A stretch of 64,000 nucleotides of DNA from assembly GCA_047284725.1 (NCBI GenBank), contig JBJBEO010000001.1, positions 544,001-608,000 on the forward strand, given 5' to 3'. The stretch is from Synechococcus sp. Its GTDB lineage: Bacteria; Cyanobacteriota; Cyanobacteriia; PCC-6307; Cyanobiaceae. Below the pieces are notes generated by a model. The model saw only the letters and a program-made list of their open reading frames with translations. It did no database searches and was not told the origin of the DNA. How positions within the stretch are numbered: position 1 is the first letter of the stretch; each line of letters starts with the position of its first letter. Positions 16,217-28,207 of the stretch are shown here, one piece after another. The position numbers and the translations under genes are program-made.

Positions 16217-18274
16217 TCAGGCGATGAGGTTGCTCTCCAGCTCGATCTGTTGCTGACGGTTCTGACGTTCTGACTGCAATTCCAGTTCGTCTTGGTCGGC
16301 CGCGGCCAGGGGCAGATCGAACCAGAAGGTCGTCCCCACGTCAGGCTCGCTCACCATGCGGATCCTTGATCCATGCTTTTCAACGATGCCGCGCACGATC
16401 GAAAGGCCCAAGCCGGTACCGACTTCCGTGTGCACGGTGTTCTCCACGCGATAAAAACGCTCGAAAATACGTTGCTGATCGGCATCGCCGATCCCGCAGC
16501 CGGTGTCTGCGACTTCCACCCGTAAACGTGGTAATGGAGACACCAATTCGCAGAAGGGCGCTTCGCCTTCATCAGCATGAGTTTTTACCGGACTGTCCAT
16601 GCTGCAGACGTCTGGCCAGGTGTAAGCCTTCAAGCGCAGGCTGCCCCCTGGACGACTGAATTTGAGCGCGTTGCCCACCAGATTGTCGAGCACCTGCAAA
16701 AGTAGATCCCAGTTGCCGAGCACATCGGGTAATTCTGTTTCTGCATCGAGCACAAGGCTCACATTTTTATCGCTCGCATTGAGTTGATAACTGCGTAATG
16801 TCTGCTCCATGGCAGGGCGCAGTTCGATCGCGCTGAACTGCACCTTGCGCTCCGCTTCCAGTCGAGACAGGTCGAGCACATCGTTGACCAACCTGGTAAG
16901 GCGGTCGGTTTCGTCGTTGGCAACACCAAGAAACTCCTGCTTCTCCTTATCGGTGAGCTGATCCCCCATGTCGTACAGGGTTTCCACGTAGCTCTTGATG
17001 TTGAACAGCGGTGTACGCAACTCGTGCGACACGTTGCTGATGAATCGACTCTGGGCAGCGTTCAGCTCGACTTCACGGGTGAGGTCCTGGATGGTGACTG
17101 CAATGCCTTTGAGGCTTTCGCCACTGGCATCCCTCACGGCTTGCAGAACCACGCGGAGGGTGCGGGGCGGCTCACCAATGCTCCGGCGCAGTTCGTTGCT
17201 ATCGCTGAGGTTGTTGAGCACTGCATCCAGCGGATTATGCAATTCCACCGCCAAGAGCTCGGGGAGTTCGCCGAGGAACTCCTGGCCTTCAAGTCGGCGA
17301 CCCTCCCATCGAAACAGCCGGCGCGCTGTGGGGTTGGCCAGCACGATTTGGCCTTGTTCATCGAGCAGAACAGCGCCGTCGGCCATGGTGGCGATCAGCG
17401 AGGCCTGCTTCACCTGAGCTGCGGTGAGCTCTTCAATATTGGCGGCGTCGTAGGCCTGGAGCTGGGAGGCCATGGCGTTGAAGCCGTCGAGCAGTTCGCC
17501 CAGTTCACCGCCGACCGGAAGGCCGATGCGGGTCTGGAAGTCGCCAGTGGCAATTCTCCTCACTCCTCGGAGGAGTTCCTTGACCGGTCTGGTGATGGTG
17601 AGAGCGTTGAACACGGCTCCAAGGATCACCAGCACCCAGATGGAGATGAACACAGCAACGGTGACCTCACGGGTGAGAGCGGCGCTGGCCAGCCCTGTTT
17701 CGCTGGGGTTCACGCCCAGGGCGAGGACTCCGAGGTAACGACCATTGCGCACCAGGGGAACGAAAACATCCGTCACCTTTCCCTGGGGTGTGAGGTGTTG
17801 CCGCACCAGGGGGTTCTGCGGCCGAGTCCGCAGTTCATCGGGCAGCTCCAGGCGACGGCTCAGGCGTAAGTCTTCGCTGCCTCCAGTGGCCGCTCCGCTG
17901 ATGGGAATGCCGAGATAAACGACTCCTTCGGGATCAGCGAAGAAGATGTAGCGAAGGCTGGTGCTGGAGCGCCAGAATTTTTCGGCGACATTGGCCAGCT
18001 CCCTGTCTTGTCCCTGGTCGACCAGTTCGGTCACGTTGCCGGCCAGGAGCAAACCGAGGTCGCGGGCATAGCGCGTGTCGTTCATCACCGCGTCGCGCTG
18101 AATGCCGTTCAGAGCGAAAAAAGTGATGCCCGTCATCATCAGGCTCACCACGAGGGTGGCGATGGCCAGCAGCTTGGTCTGGAGGCTGAATTCCGCCCAC
18201 CACAGCCCGAACCGTTTCCACCAGCTGATGGAAACGGATTCAGTGTCTGTCTCAACTGGGGTGCTGGTGACCAT
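16217..18274 (-). CDS. nblS: Sensor histidine kinase NblS/Hik33
   Basis: TM-HAMP-PAS-HisKA (NVSHELRTPLFNIKS)-HATPase architecture; position between kaiC and purD. Confidence 0.93.
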   Translation of the reverse strand: MVTSTPVETDTESVSISWWKRFGLWWAEFSLQTKLLAIATLVVSLMMTGITFFALNGIQRDAVMNDTRYARDLGLLLAGNVTELVDQGQDRELANVAEKFWRSSTSLRYIFFADPEGVVYLGIPISGAATGGSEDLRLSRRLELPDELRTRPQNPLVRQHLTPQGKVTDVFVPLVRNGRYLGVLALGVNPSETGLASAALTREVTVAVFISIWVLVILGAVFNALTITRPVKELLRGVRRIATGDFQTRIGLPVGGELGELLDGFNAMASQLQAYDAANIEELTAAQVKQASLIATMADGAVLLDEQGQIVLANPTARRLFRWEGRRLEGQEFLGELPELLAVELHNPLDAVLNNLSDSNELRRSIGEPPRTLRVVLQAVRDASGESLKGIAVTIQDLTREVELNAAQSRFISNVSHELRTPLFNIKSYVETLYDMGDQLTDKEKQEFLGVANDETDRLTRLVNDVLDLSRLEAERKVQFSAIELRPAMEQTLRSYQLNASDKNVSLVLDAETELPDVLGNWDLLLQVLDNLVGNALKFSRPGGSLRLKAYTWPDVCSMDSPVKTHADEGEAPFCELVSPLPRLRVEVADTGCGIGDADQQRIFERFYRVENTVHTEVGTGLGLSIVRGIVEKHGSRIRMVSEPDVGTTFWFDLPLAAADQDELELQSERQNRQQQIELESNLIA

Positions 18275-18299
18275 CGCGCCTGGCAGTGAGATGGTGAGC

Positions 18300-19625
18300 C
18301 TAGGCCCGTCGAACCTGGTGACCGATGTCGCGCCGGTAGTGCATGCCGTCGAAGTGAACCTCGGACAGAGCGTCGTAGGCAGCGGCGAAGGCCTGATCAA
18401 AATCGCTGCCTTGGGCGGTCATCGTCAGCACGCGCCCCCCTGACGTCATCAGCTGGTTCTGCTCATCCCGGCGGGTACCGGCATGGAAGAGCTGCTGATG
18501 GCTGCTCTCAGGAAGGTTCACGCTGATCCGATCGCCTTTGCGCGGCGCTTCGGGGTAGCCGGCCGCCGCGGCCACCACGCAGACACTGCAATCGGGCCGG
18601 ATGCTGAGGGTGGGAGCCAGGTCAAGCCGTCCGAGGGCACAGGCTTGCAGCACCTGCGCCAATTCGGCTCCCATCAGGGGCATGAGGGTTTGGCACTCCG
18701 GATCCCCAAAGCGGCAATTGAATTCGATCACCTGAGGTCCACTGTCGGTGAGCATCAGACCGGCATAGATCACCCCGCGATAGTTGATGCCTCGGGCTCT
18801 CAGCGCCGACACCGTTGGTTCCAGCACCAGGCGGCGCACGGTCGCCAGCCCTTCAGCATCAAGAAGAGGGGCTGGTGCATAGGCCCCCATGCCGCCGGTG
18901 TTCGGTCCCTGATCGCCATCGAGCAGACGTTTGTGATCCTGGGCCGGCGGAAGCACTACCATCCGTTCGCCATCACAAAGAGCGAAGACCGATACCTCCG
19001 GGCCCTGCAGGCATTCCTCCAGCACCACCTTGTCGCCGGCACTGCCAAAGCGCCCCCCAAAAGCCTCTTCAATGGCTGCTGCTGTGGTCTCCACGCTGGT
19101 GGCGACAGTGACGCCTTTGCCGGCAGCCAGCCCATCGGCTTTCACCACCAGTGCTCGTTGCAACTGCTTCAGCAGATTCAACCCTTCTTCGGCGGAGCTG
19201 ATGGACCAGTGGCCAGCGGTGGGGATGGCCGCTTCGTCCATCAGCTGCTTGGCCCAGGCTTTGCTCGCTTCAAGCTGCGCACCATCGGCTCCGGGACCAA
19301 ACACCGCCAGTCCCGCGGCCCTCAGCTCATCAGCCAGACCTTTGGCCAACGGAGCCTCTGGCCCGATCACCACAAGGTCAATACCTTCGTTGCGGCAGTG
19401 ATTCAGCAGTCCTTCATGGTCGGTCTCTGCCAGGGGCAGGCGGCAATACCCACCCTCGCTGGATGAATCGGGGACCCCGCCGTTCCCAGGACTGACCCAG
19501 ACGGCTTCAATCCCGGGGCAGCGACTCAAGGCCCAGCCGAGGGCATGCTCACGCCCACCACTGCCAACGATGAGGAGTTTTTTCAGGGGGGGCAGGGTCT
19601 GAAGACCGGACGCAGAGTTGGCCAT
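18300..19625 (-). CDS. purD: Phosphoribosylamine-glycine ligase
   Basis: VGSGGREHAL, KADGLAAGKGV, GPNTGGMGAY and EFNCRFGDPE motifs. Confidence 0.98.
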   Translation of the reverse strand: MANSASGLQTLPPLKKLLIVGSGGREHALGWALSRCPGIEAVWVSPGNGGVPDSSSEGGYCRLPLAETDHEGLLNHCRNEGIDLVVIGPEAPLAKGLADELRAAGLAVFGPGADGAQLEASKAWAKQLMDEAAIPTAGHWSISSAEEGLNLLKQLQRALVVKADGLAAGKGVTVATSVETTAAAIEEAFGGRFGSAGDKVVLEECLQGPEVSVFALCDGERMVVLPPAQDHKRLLDGDQGPNTGGMGAYAPAPLLDAEGLATVRRLVLEPTVSALRARGINYRGVIYAGLMLTDSGPQVIEFNCRFGDPECQTLMPLMGAELAQVLQACALGRLDLAPTLSIRPDCSVCVVAAAAGYPEAPRKGDRISVNLPESSHQQLFHAGTRRDEQNQLMTSGGRVLTMTAQGSDFDQAFAAAYDALSEVHFDGMHYRRDIGHQVRRA

Positions 19626-19705
19626 GACAGCGGAACGGGCGGGGCAGGGCCCTTAGGTTTGAGCGGATCTCCTGGCGGACTTGCCGGGAGGATCTGTGTC
19701 CATCT

Positions 19706-20713
19706 TTGTTGAACGGCTGCCCCATGGGGATTTCCTCGCTCTCCATTTCTCTGCTGCTCGCCGCCGTGCCCGTCCCTTTGGCTGGAGAGCGCACTGTTGC
19801 CGCAGCCCCGATGGACGCTGAGGTGTTCCAACAGGTGCTGTTGGAGGGTGAGGTGGTGCAACTGGGCGAGGCCTGCCGCGATGCGGCGCGATTCGGCCTC
19901 AATGACCGGCTGAAGCAGCTGCGCGACAGGTTGATGGTGGTGGCGCCATCGCCCCAGCCCTTTGCTGTGGTGATGGGCAATACGCGGGCTTTGCTGGCCT
20001 GCAAAGCGCCTGGCAGTGCTCGCAGGGTGCTCAGTCGCTATACCCCTGGTGCGGGGCCTAGACGTCAGCAGTGGCTGTTGCTGTCGTGGCGGACTGCTGC
20101 CGCTGCCCGTGACCATGAAGCGGCCATCCTGGCGTTGCGCCGCTTGGCGGCTGGCGACCTTGCGCGGCTTGACGCGGTGCAGTTGACGCTGGGTGACGAT
20201 GCCAGTGGCATGCCGGTAAGCCGTTCGGCTCTTGATCAACTGGCCGAGCATGAAGTGGCTCTGAACCGCCTTGACCGAGCCGCTGCTGTCGCACTCTCCG
20301 GTCGCGCCTCGGGCGTGCAAGGGGCACGTCGCCTGGCCCAGGCGGCGCGTTGGTTGGAGGCTCTGGGACAGAACGATGCCAGCAACCTGTTGGAAACAGC
20401 TCTTGATCAGGCGGCCTTGGCCCAGGCCTGGTCGCTGGCGGAGGAGCTGCTCACCATCCAGCTGCGCATGGAACGCAAGGCTGGAGGTGACGGGGCCAGA
20501 CCCCGCCAACGACTTGAACGTCTGGCCAGTCGTGTGGATGATCGCTACACCCTCTGGCAGCTGTTGCAGGACGACCCCGAGTCACCCGAAACAGAAGCCC
20601 GTCGTCGTGTGCTTGAGCAGCAGCTGCGCTCCCCGCGACCGGCAGCGGCAAGCACCCTGGGAGAATCGGAACAGGAGGAGCCCGTCGGCTCCGATTCGCC
20701 TGCAACTCCATGA
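19706..20713 (+). CDS. Conserved hypothetical (exported, helical) protein
   Basis: Long ORF with a signal peptide, overlapping the purC start. Confidence 0.7.
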   Translation: MLNGCPMGISSLSISLLLAAVPVPLAGERTVAAAPMDAEVFQQVLLEGEVVQLGEACRDAARFGLNDRLKQLRDRLMVVAPSPQPFAVVMGNTRALLACKAPGSARRVLSRYTPGAGPRRQQWLLLSWRTAAAARDHEAAILALRRLAAGDLARLDAVQLTLGDDASGMPVSRSALDQLAEHEVALNRLDRAAAVALSGRASGVQGARRLAQAARWLEALGQNDASNLLETALDQAALAQAWSLAEELLTIQLRMERKAGGDGARPRQRLERLASRVDDRYTLWQLLQDDPESPETEARRRVLEQQLRSPRPAAASTLGESEQEEPVGSDSPATP

Positions 20714-21462
20714 CCATGTCTCCCGGCCCCCTTCTCTATGAGGGAAAGGCCAAGCGTGTGTATGCAACCGATCAAGACGACCGGGTGCTGGTGGAATACA
20801 AGAACGACGCCACCGCGTTCAATGCTCTGAAAAAAGAGCAGATTCCTGACAAGGGTCGCTTGAATTGTCAAATCTCGGCCAGGCTGTTCGAAGTGCTCGA
20901 TCAGGCCGGGATCCCCACCCATTACCTCGGCCTGGTGGATGAGACCTGGATGGCCGTGGAGAGCGTGAAGGTGATTCCGCTGGAAGTGGTGTTGCGCAAT
21001 GTCGCCACGGGCTCTCTGTGCAAGCAGGCTCCGATTGAGAAGGGAACCTGCCTCGACCCTGCCCTGCTTGACCTCTATTACAAGGATGATGCCTTGGGGG
21101 ATCCGCTGCTCACGGAAGCGCGTTTGGAGTTACTGCAGTTGGTGACTGCGGATCAGCGTCAGGCGATTGAGGCGCTTGCCCGGAGCGTCAATGCCGTGCT
21201 GGTGCCGTTTTTTTATGCATTGGATCTGCAGCTGGTGGATTTCAAGTTGGAGCTGGGTTTCAATCAAAAGGGTGCGTTGGTGGTGGCTGATGAGATCAGT
21301 CCTGACACCTGCAGGCTCTGGGATCAGAGGGTCAGCGACCCGAACGACCGCATTCTTGATAAAGATCGCTTCCGTCAGGATCTCGGTGGTGTGATCGAGG
21401 CCTACGGGGAGGTCTGCAAACGGGTCCAAGGGGCCTGCCCGAACCCCCGCAACTACAGGTAA
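20710..21462 (+). CDS. purC: SAICAR synthase
   Basis: [19 protein letters not shown] and [13 protein letters not shown] motifs. Confidence 0.98.
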   Translation: MTMSPGPLLYEGKAKRVYATDQDDRVLVEYKNDATAFNALKKEQIPDKGRLNCQISARLFEVLDQAGIPTHYLGLVDETWMAVESVKVIPLEVVLRNVATGSLCKQAPIEKGTCLDPALLDLYYKDDALGDPLLTEARLELLQLVTADQRQAIEALARSVNAVLVPFFYALDLQLVDFKLELGFNQKGALVVADEISPDTCRLWDQRVSDPNDRILDKDRFRQDLGGVIEAYGEVCKRVQGACPNPRNYR

Positions 21463-21504
21463 GGTCTCGGGAACTTCGAGGCCTCAGGGCCGGTTGCCCC
21501 CTCC

Positions 21505-23814
21505 ATGGTCAATCTCTCCTCAAGCCTGAGCAACAACGTCTTTTACAAGGGGGCATTGGGTCTTGCTTTGTCATTGCCCCTGCTGACGGCACTGCCGGCA
21601 CGGGCTCAGACGGAAGCGATCACCGAAACAGACACCGAGTCGTTGACGGTTGACGTGCTTGAGCAACCCACGGGCGATGGCGAAGTGGCTGACGAGGTTG
21701 AGGTCGAGGCGACCGAGGTCGACAGTGTTGAGGTTGACGTTGAATCCACTCCTGCGGCTCAGCCGATTCCGGTGGAGCAGCCCCTGGTTGAGCAGGTGCC
21801 CGAGCAGCCTCGTGTGTTGATCAGCGAGGTGGTGATCGAGGGTCTCCTCAGTCATCCGGAGAAAGAGCGTCTTGAGTTGGCTGCCTATGACGCCATGGCC
21901 GTACGACCGGGCAGCCGTGTCACCCGTGATGAACTCAAGGGTGACCTGGATGCGATTTATGCGACGGGATGGTTCTCCGATGTGCGCATCGAGCCGATCA
22001 ATGGCCCACTGGGCGTCCAGCTTGTGGTGCAAGTCGTCCCTAATCCTGTTCTCACCAAAGTTGAGTTAGCACCAGAGGACTCCATTCTTCCTGATACGGT
22101 CATTGCTGACACGTTCAGCTCTGATTACGGCCGCACCCTCAACCTCAATGAGTTGCAGCTGCGGATGAAGCAGTTGCAAACCTGGTACAGCAAGGAGGGA
22201 TATTCTCTGGCCCGGGTGTCCGGTCCCAGCCGTGTTGGCCCCGATGGTGTTGTGGTCCTCAAGGTGGTGATCGGCACCGTTTCCGATGTTGAGGTGAAGT
22301 TCCTCAATAAAGACGGTGAGTCCACCAATGACAAAGGTGAGCTGATCAAGGGTAAAACCAAGCCCTGGGTGGTGACGCGAGAAATTTCGATTCAGCCTGG
22401 AGAGCCCTTCAATCGAACTCAGCTTGAGGAGGATCTCAAGCGTTTGTATTCCACCTCTCTCTTCAGTGATGTGAAGGTGACCCTGAAGCCGGTGGCCGGC
22501 GAGCCTGGTCAGGTGATCATTGTGCTTGGCATTGTCGAGCAGTCGACGGGTTCCCTCTCCGGTGGTCTCGGCTACAGCCAGAGCCAAGGTGTGTTTGGCC
22601 AAGTGCAATTGGCCGATAGCAATATGTTCGGTCGTGCCTGGAATTTTGCTCTCAATCTCACCTACGGCCAATATGGTGCGCTCGCGAACTTCACATTCAC
22701 CGACCCGTGGATCAAAGGTGACAGCCACCGTACCTCGTTCCGTACATCACTCTTCCTGAGTCGTGAAGTTCCTCAGGTTTTTCAGTCTCAGAACAATGGC
22801 AACATCCTGACGTTGAGGGACTATGCCGACAACGGTGGCCAATACGCCTATTCGATTGACAATCCCCCAAGCCGTTTCAACGAAGATCGGTTTAAGAATG
22901 TCGATCAGGCTGATAAAGACTTCCCTGATACCAGTTGGTTTGAATACGAGGGCGATTCTGTTGCCCTTCAGCGTGTGGGAGGCACGATCATTTTTGCCCG
23001 TCCGCTCAATGGTGGTGACCCCTACAAGGTTGCTCCCTGGAGCGCACTGGTTGGCTTGAATATTCAGAGTGTGCGTCCTATTAATTTTGCTGGGGACACG
23101 AGGCAATATGCATTGCCGAACAGAAATATTGACGACGATCGCATTGAAAATGACGACATTATCTGCATTGCCTTTAATTGCGCGACTGAGAATAATCTTG
23201 TTGGCCTTCGCATGGCGGCTACATACAGTAATATTAATGATCCAAGGAATCCGACCTCGGGTAATTTCTTTAGTTTTGGTACTGAGCAATTTGTTAGTGT
23301 GGGCGAAAATTCTCCCACGTTCAACAAAGTTCGAGCCAGTTATACCCATTTCATTCCGGTGAATTGGTTGAAGCTTGCGAAGGGATGTCGTCCGAAGGAA
23401 GGAGAGAAAGCCAATTGCCCGCAAACGCTGGCGTTCCAGTTCAAGGCCGGCACCGTTCTGGGGCAATTGCCCCCCTATGAAGCGTTCTGTATGGGAGGTT
23501 CGAATTCCGTGCGTGGTTGGGCTGACTGCGATCTGGCCGTCGGACGAAGCTTCGGTGAGGCAACGATTGAATATCGCTTCCCGATTATCAGCATTTTCTC
23601 GGGCGAACTGTTTGCAGACGCGGGTACTGACTTCGGCAGTCAGTCGAATGTTCCAGGCAAGCCTGGACAATTGCTTGAAAAGCCCGGCTCCGGTTTCTCT
23701 GTGGGCGCTGGTGTGATCGTCACGACCCCTGTGGGTCCCCTGCGTTTGGAGATGGCCAGTCAGGATTTCACCGGAGACTGGCGTTTCAACCTTGGTGTTG
23801 GCTGGAAGTTCTGA
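21505..23814 (+). CDS. bamA: Omp85/BamA outer-membrane assembly factor
   Basis: POTRA domains, GGSNSVRGW motif, C-terminal FNLGVGWKF; upstream of lpxC. Confidence 0.95.
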   Translation: MVNLSSSLSNNVFYKGALGLALSLPLLTALPARAQTEAITETDTESLTVDVLEQPTGDGEVADEVEVEATEVDSVEVDVESTPAAQPIPVEQPLVEQVPEQPRVLISEVVIEGLLSHPEKERLELAAYDAMAVRPGSRVTRDELKGDLDAIYATGWFSDVRIEPINGPLGVQLVVQVVPNPVLTKVELAPEDSILPDTVIADTFSSDYGRTLNLNELQLRMKQLQTWYSKEGYSLARVSGPSRVGPDGVVVLKVVIGTVSDVEVKFLNKDGESTNDKGELIKGKTKPWVVTREISIQPGEPFNRTQLEEDLKRLYSTSLFSDVKVTLKPVAGEPGQVIIVLGIVEQSTGSLSGGLGYSQSQGVFGQVQLADSNMFGRAWNFALNLTYGQYGALANFTFTDPWIKGDSHRTSFRTSLFLSREVPQVFQSQNNGNILTLRDYADNGGQYAYSIDNPPSRFNEDRFKNVDQADKDFPDTSWFEYEGDSVALQRVGGTIIFARPLNGGDPYKVAPWSALVGLNIQSVRPINFAGDTRQYALPNRNIDDDRIENDDIICIAFNCATENNLVGLRMAATYSNINDPRNPTSGNFFSFGTEQFVSVGENSPTFNKVRASYTHFIPVNWLKLAKGCRPKEGEKANCPQTLAFQFKAGTVLGQLPPYEAFCMGGSNSVRGWADCDLAVGRSFGEATIEYRFPIISIFSGELFADAGTDFGSQSNVPGKPGQLLEKPGSGFSVGAGVIVTTPVGPLRLEMASQDFTGDWRFNLGVGWKF

Positions 23815-24671
23815 TGGTCACCTGGCCGACTGATTACAACGGGGCCTGGACCCTGGCGGGTCCCGTCAGCCGTGCTGGTGTCGGTTTGCACAGCGGCGAT
23901 TCGGTGTCGGTGACGTTGCTTCCCAGTGAGAAGCCGGGATTTTTTGTGTCGTGGCATGACACTCCGCAACGCGCACCGGTGCGGTTGGCTCCCTCCCAGG
24001 TGCGCGATAGCCAGCTCTGCACCACGCTTGACCTGGGTGACAGGCATCTGTCGACTGTCGAGCATCTTCTGGCAGCCCTCGCCGGCACCGGAATCACCCA
24101 TGCCGAACTGCGTATGCGTGGCGGCGAGGTTCCCTTGCTCGATGGGTCGGCCCTTGATTGGGTCGATGCGATTGCTGAAGCCGGTCTGGCTCCTGCCGCA
24201 ACAGCTCCCCCGCCGCGGCCGAACCTCCAGCATGCCGTCATGAAGCATCGCGGTGCAAGCGTGATCACCGCTGTTCCTGCCGAAGCGTTCAGTGTGGTGG
24301 GGGTGATTGATTTCCCTCAGTCAGCCATCGGGCGTCAGCAGGTTGCTCTCACGGTCACTCCAGAGGTGTTCGTGCGTGAGATCGCTCCCGCGCGCACCTT
24401 CGGATTCCGCGACCAGGTGGAGCAACTCCGATCCGCCGGGTTGATTCAGGGTGGAGCCTTGGACAATGCTTTGGTCTGTGATGGCGATCACTGGCTCAAT
24501 CCTCCGCTGAGGTTCGATGATGAACCAGTGCGCCATAAGCTCTTGGACCTGATCGGGGATCTGGCTCTTGTCGGCTTCCCTTGTGCGCAGGTGCTGGTTT
24601 ATCGGGGTTCCCATGGCCTGCACACTGATCTCGCCGCTTCCCTTGCGGCCACCACTCTCCCCTCCAGCTGA
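23814..24671 (+). CDS. lpxC: UDP-3-O-acyl-GlcNAc deacetylase
   Basis: [25 protein letters not shown] and [10 protein letters not shown] motifs. Confidence 0.97.
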   Translation: MVTWPTDYNGAWTLAGPVSRAGVGLHSGDSVSVTLLPSEKPGFFVSWHDTPQRAPVRLAPSQVRDSQLCTTLDLGDRHLSTVEHLLAALAGTGITHAELRMRGGEVPLLDGSALDWVDAIAEAGLAPAATAPPPRPNLQHAVMKHRGASVITAVPAEAFSVVGVIDFPQSAIGRQQVALTVTPEVFVREIAPARTFGFRDQVEQLRSAGLIQGGALDNALVCDGDHWLNPPLRFDDEPVRHKLLDLIGDLALVGFPCAQVLVYRGSHGLHTDLAASLAATTLPSS

Positions 24672-24678
24672 AGTTCCC

Positions 24679-25140
24679 TTGTCTCAGGTCTCTCCTGCTC
24701 CCAACGAACCGCTGCTCAACAGTGAACAGATCATGGGGCTCCTTCCCCATCGTTACCCGTTTGCTCTTGTTGACCGGGTCCTCGAGCATGAGCCTGGGGT
24801 GCGAGCGGTGGCCATCAAGAACATCACCTTGAATGAACCACAATTCCAGGGACATTTCCCTGAGCGCCCTCTCATGCCGGGTGTGCTGATCGTCGAGGCG
24901 ATGGCGCAGGTAGGAGGACTGATCGTGAAGCAGATGCCTGACCTCCCGAACGGACTCTTCGTGTTTGCTGGCATCGATGGTGTGCGCTTTCGCCGCCCCG
25001 TGGTGCCAGGGGATCAGCTGCGGATCAGTTGTGAGCTCGTCAGCCTCAAGCGTCGGCGCTTCGGGAAGGTGAAAGCCGAAGCCACCGTGGATGGCCAGTT
25101 GGTGTGTTCCGGCGACCTGATGTTCTCGATGATGGACTGA
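24679..25140 (+). CDS. fabZ: 3-hydroxyacyl-ACP dehydratase
   Basis: [13 protein letters not shown] and [20 protein letters not shown]; start uncertain. Confidence 0.97.
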   Translation: MSQVSPAPNEPLLNSEQIMGLLPHRYPFALVDRVLEHEPGVRAVAIKNITLNEPQFQGHFPERPLMPGVLIVEAMAQVGGLIVKQMPDLPNGLFVFAGIDGVRFRRPVVPGDQLRISCELVSLKRRRFGKVKAEATVDGQLVCSGDLMFSMMD

Positions 25141-25145
25141 GGGCC

Positions 25146-25991
25146 ATGACCGAGAACGCAGCTCCAGCGATCACCAACGACCAAGGCGCCCAGATCCACC
25201 CTCTCGCCTGTGTGGATCCCAAAGCTGAATTGGCTGACGGTGTGGTGATCAGCCCCGGCGCCGTGGTGGGCCCTGACGTGCGCATCGGCGCCGGTACCTG
25301 GATTGGCCCCCACGTGGTGCTGGATGGACGGCTCACGATTGGCCGTCACAATCGCGTCTTCCCCGGTGCTTGCCTCGGGCAAGAACCTCAAGACCTCAAG
25401 TACAAAGGTGCTCCCACTGAAGTGGTTATCGGTGATCACAACACCATTCGCGAATGCGTGACCATCAACCGCGGTACAGAGGAGGGAGAGATCACTCGCA
25501 TCGGCGATCGGAATCTGTTGATGGCCTATTGCCACCTGGGTCATTTCTGCCAGCTCGGCAATGACATCGTGATGTCCAACGCGATTCAAGTGGCTGGTCA
25601 TGTGGTGATCGAAGACCGTGCGGTGATCGGAGGCTGTCTGGGTATTCATCAGTTCGTTCATATCGGCTGTATGGCGATGGTCGGCGGCATGACCAGGGTC
25701 GATCGCGATGTCCCTCCTTACTGCCTGGTGGAAGGCCACCCCGGCCGTGTGCGCGGTCTCAATCGGGTTGGATTGCGTCGCAGCGGTATGGCGGACCGCC
25801 ATGAGGGCCGCGAACTGAAGCAGCTCCAGGAGATCTGGTCCTTGCTCTATCGCTCAGACCACGTGATGGCGGATGCCCTGCATCTGGCCCGTCAGCAGAC
25901 CTTGCTGCCGTGTGCGGATCACCTCTGCCAGTTTCTGGAGGGTTCCATCAGCAAGGGACGCAGAGGCCCCATGCCTGCTGGCGGCCGCTGA
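25146..25991 (+). CDS. lpxA: Acyl-ACP--UDP-GlcNAc O-acyltransferase
   Basis: Hexapeptide repeats, PQDLKYKG and [11 protein letters not shown]. Confidence 0.97.
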   Translation: MTENAAPAITNDQGAQIHPLACVDPKAELADGVVISPGAVVGPDVRIGAGTWIGPHVVLDGRLTIGRHNRVFPGACLGQEPQDLKYKGAPTEVVIGDHNTIRECVTINRGTEEGEITRIGDRNLLMAYCHLGHFCQLGNDIVMSNAIQVAGHVVIEDRAVIGGCLGIHQFVHIGCMAMVGGMTRVDRDVPPYCLVEGHPGRVRGLNRVGLRRSGMADRHEGRELKQLQEIWSLLYRSDHVMADALHLARQQTLLPCADHLCQFLEGSISKGRRGPMPAGGR

Positions 25992-27169
25992 TGGTGCGTG
26001 TCCTGATCAGCACCGGAGAGGTGTCTGGCGATCTGCAGGGTGGGCTTCTGGTGGAAGCGCTGTACCGTCAAGCGGCTCTCCGGGGCCTATCGCTTGAGGT
26101 GATGGCCCTGGGGGGGCAGCGCATGCAGGCAGCGGGGGCTGAATTATTGGCCGATACGGCCCCCATGGGGGCCATTGGTCTATGGGAGGCTCTGCCACTC
26201 GTGCTGCCAACGCTGAAACTGCAGGCCCAGGTGAACAGGGTTCTGAATCAGCGCCCCCCCGATGCGGTGGTGCTGATCGATTACATGGGCGCCAATGTGC
26301 GTTTGGGCAAGCGTCTACGCAGAGATTTGCCTCAGGTGCCGATCACTTATTACATCGCTCCGCAGGAATGGGCCTGGCGAATGAATGATGGGGGCACCAG
26401 CAGTCTGCTGGCGTTCACCGATCGCATTCTGGCGATCTTTCCTGACGAGGCCTCCTTCTACGCCGCCCATGGGGCTGCAGTCACCTGGGTGGGGCATCCT
26501 CTGCTGGATCTGGCCTCCCGTCGCCCTGACCGCCATGGGGCCTGCCGCCAGCTGGGGCTTGATCCTGATGGTCGTCTGCTGCTGCTGTTGCCAGCATCAC
26601 GGCCCCAGGAGTTGCGCTATCTGATGCCTGTGCTCGCCAAGGTGGCTGCTGCACTGCAAGCGAGAGATCCTTCCCTGTCGGTCATCGTGCCAGCCGGACT
26701 CCAGCGCTTTGAGCAGCCCCTGGCGGATGCGCTGGTGGAGGCTGGTGTGCGCGGCAGGGTGATCGCGGCGGATGAGGCTGATGCACTTAAACCGGCCTTG
26801 TTCGCTGCAGCGGATCTGGCGTTGGGCAAATCGGGCACCGTCAATCTCGAATTGGCGCTCCAGGGGGTTCCGCAGGTGGTGGGTTATCGGGTCAGTCGCC
26901 TGACCGCTTGGGTGGCGAAGAATCTGTTGCGCTTTCGGGTGGATCACATTTCGCCTGTGAATCTGCTGCTGAAAGAGCGGTTGGTCCCCGAACTGCTGCA
27001 GGATGACTTCACCATGGAAGGCTTCCTGAAGCAGGCAGTGCCGTTGCTGGAGAACAGTCAGGAGCGTGATCAGATGCTGGAGGGCTACAGGCGCCTCCGC
27101 GAGACCCTGGGGACTCCTGGCGTCACCGACCGTGCCGCTGTGGCCATTCTCGATTCAATCTCTCCATGA
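25991..27169 (+). CDS. lpxB: Lipid-A-disaccharide synthase
   Basis: [25 protein letters not shown] and [11 protein letters not shown] motifs. Confidence 0.97.
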   Translation: MVRVLISTGEVSGDLQGGLLVEALYRQAALRGLSLEVMALGGQRMQAAGAELLADTAPMGAIGLWEALPLVLPTLKLQAQVNRVLNQRPPDAVVLIDYMGANVRLGKRLRRDLPQVPITYYIAPQEWAWRMNDGGTSSLLAFTDRILAIFPDEASFYAAHGAAVTWVGHPLLDLASRRPDRHGACRQLGLDPDGRLLLLLPASRPQELRYLMPVLAKVAAALQARDPSLSVIVPAGLQRFEQPLADALVEAGVRGRVIAADEADALKPALFAAADLALGKSGTVNLELALQGVPQVVGYRVSRLTAWVAKNLLRFRVDHISPVNLLLKERLVPELLQDDFTMEGFLKQAVPLLENSQERDQMLEGYRRLRETLGTPGVTDRAAVAILDSISP

Positions 27170-27810
27170 TGTTGATGCTCATACGCGCCTTGCGTGGCCT
27201 GATCACGGTTCTGTTGCTGGTCGGTTTGTTCGGACCGGTTCCCGCAGCTCGGGCCGGTGCCACGCAGGAAGCGGTCCTGGCAGGAGGTTGCTTCTGGTGC
27301 CTTGAGCACGATCTTGAGACCTTGAAAGGGGTGTTGTCGGCGGAAAGCGGCTACAGCGGAGGACATGTCGACCGCCCGACGTATCGACAGGTGAGTGGTG
27401 AGACAACCGGGCATCAAGAGGCGGTACGAGTCCGCTTTGATTCAGGGGTGATCAGTTATGCCACGTTGTTGCGCAGCTACTGGCGCAACGTCGATCCTCT
27501 GGATGGCGGTGGCCAGTTCTGTGATCGAGGTGATTCCTATCGCCCCGTGATTTTCACCGCTGATGCGTCTCAGCAGCAGACGGCCAAGGCCAGTGCAACG
27601 GCAGCGGCCCGGGAGCTCGGCGTGTCGCTTGAACGCATCAGGGTGGAGATCCGCGAAGCGGCTCGATTCTGGCCCGCTGAGGGTTACCACCAGAATTACG
27701 CAGACCGCAACCCGATTCAGTACAACTACTACCGCTGGGCCTGTGGTCGAGATAAGCGCTTGGATGCTGTCTGGAGCTCAGCGGCCCGGAGCGGCGATTC
27801 TTGGAAGTGA
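27166..27810 (+). CDS. msrA: Peptide-methionine (S)-S-oxide reductase (exported)
   Basis: AGGCFWC and AEGYHQNY motifs; N-terminal signal. Confidence 0.95.
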   Translation: MMLMLIRALRGLITVLLLVGLFGPVPAARAGATQEAVLAGGCFWCLEHDLETLKGVLSAESGYSGGHVDRPTYRQVSGETTGHQEAVRVRFDSGVISYATLLRSYWRNVDPLDGGGQFCDRGDSYRPVIFTADASQQQTAKASATAAARELGVSLERIRVEIREAARFWPAEGYHQNYADRNPIQYNYYRWACGRDKRLDAVWSSAARSGDSWK

Positions 27811-27975
27811 GAGCTCTTGGATCTGGAGTTCGACCAGGGATTGCAAATATGAGGAAAATCTGAAGAGGTTCTTGTTCTTTTTCTTGCCGATTTCTCAGTG
27901 AAGGTACGGGTTTTCCCTACTTCGCTGCATCGCAGGTGTTGGTTACCATTTCGTGGTGATTCGTGGGAGAGATGT

Positions 27976-28188
27976 ATGTATCTGCTGACCATCAAAGACG
28001 GGCTGGTGACGCGTCATGTTGGTCCCTACCCTTCGCCGAAGCAGGCATCTGATGATCTCGAGCGTGTCTTGACTTCCTGCTCGGATCGGGCGCGCTGGCA
28101 GATTCATGCACTCGAATGTCCGGGCGATGTTCCTTTCGGTCAGGTCGCGGGTGATGAAGAACGTTCAATGGCTGCGATTGCATCCTGA
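27976..28188 (+). CDS. Conserved hypothetical small protein
   Basis: MYLLTIKDGLVTRHVGPY ORF. Confidence 0.65.
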   Translation: MYLLTIKDGLVTRHVGPYPSPKQASDDLERVLTSCSDRARWQIHALECPGDVPFGQVAGDEERSMAAIAS

Positions 28189-28207
28189 GCCAGGCTTAGG
28201 TCAGCCC

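Noticed and set aside
17024..20509. Long opposite-strand ORFs over nblS, purD and the 19706 gene
   Set aside because: They are shadow ORFs caused by high-GC codon bias.
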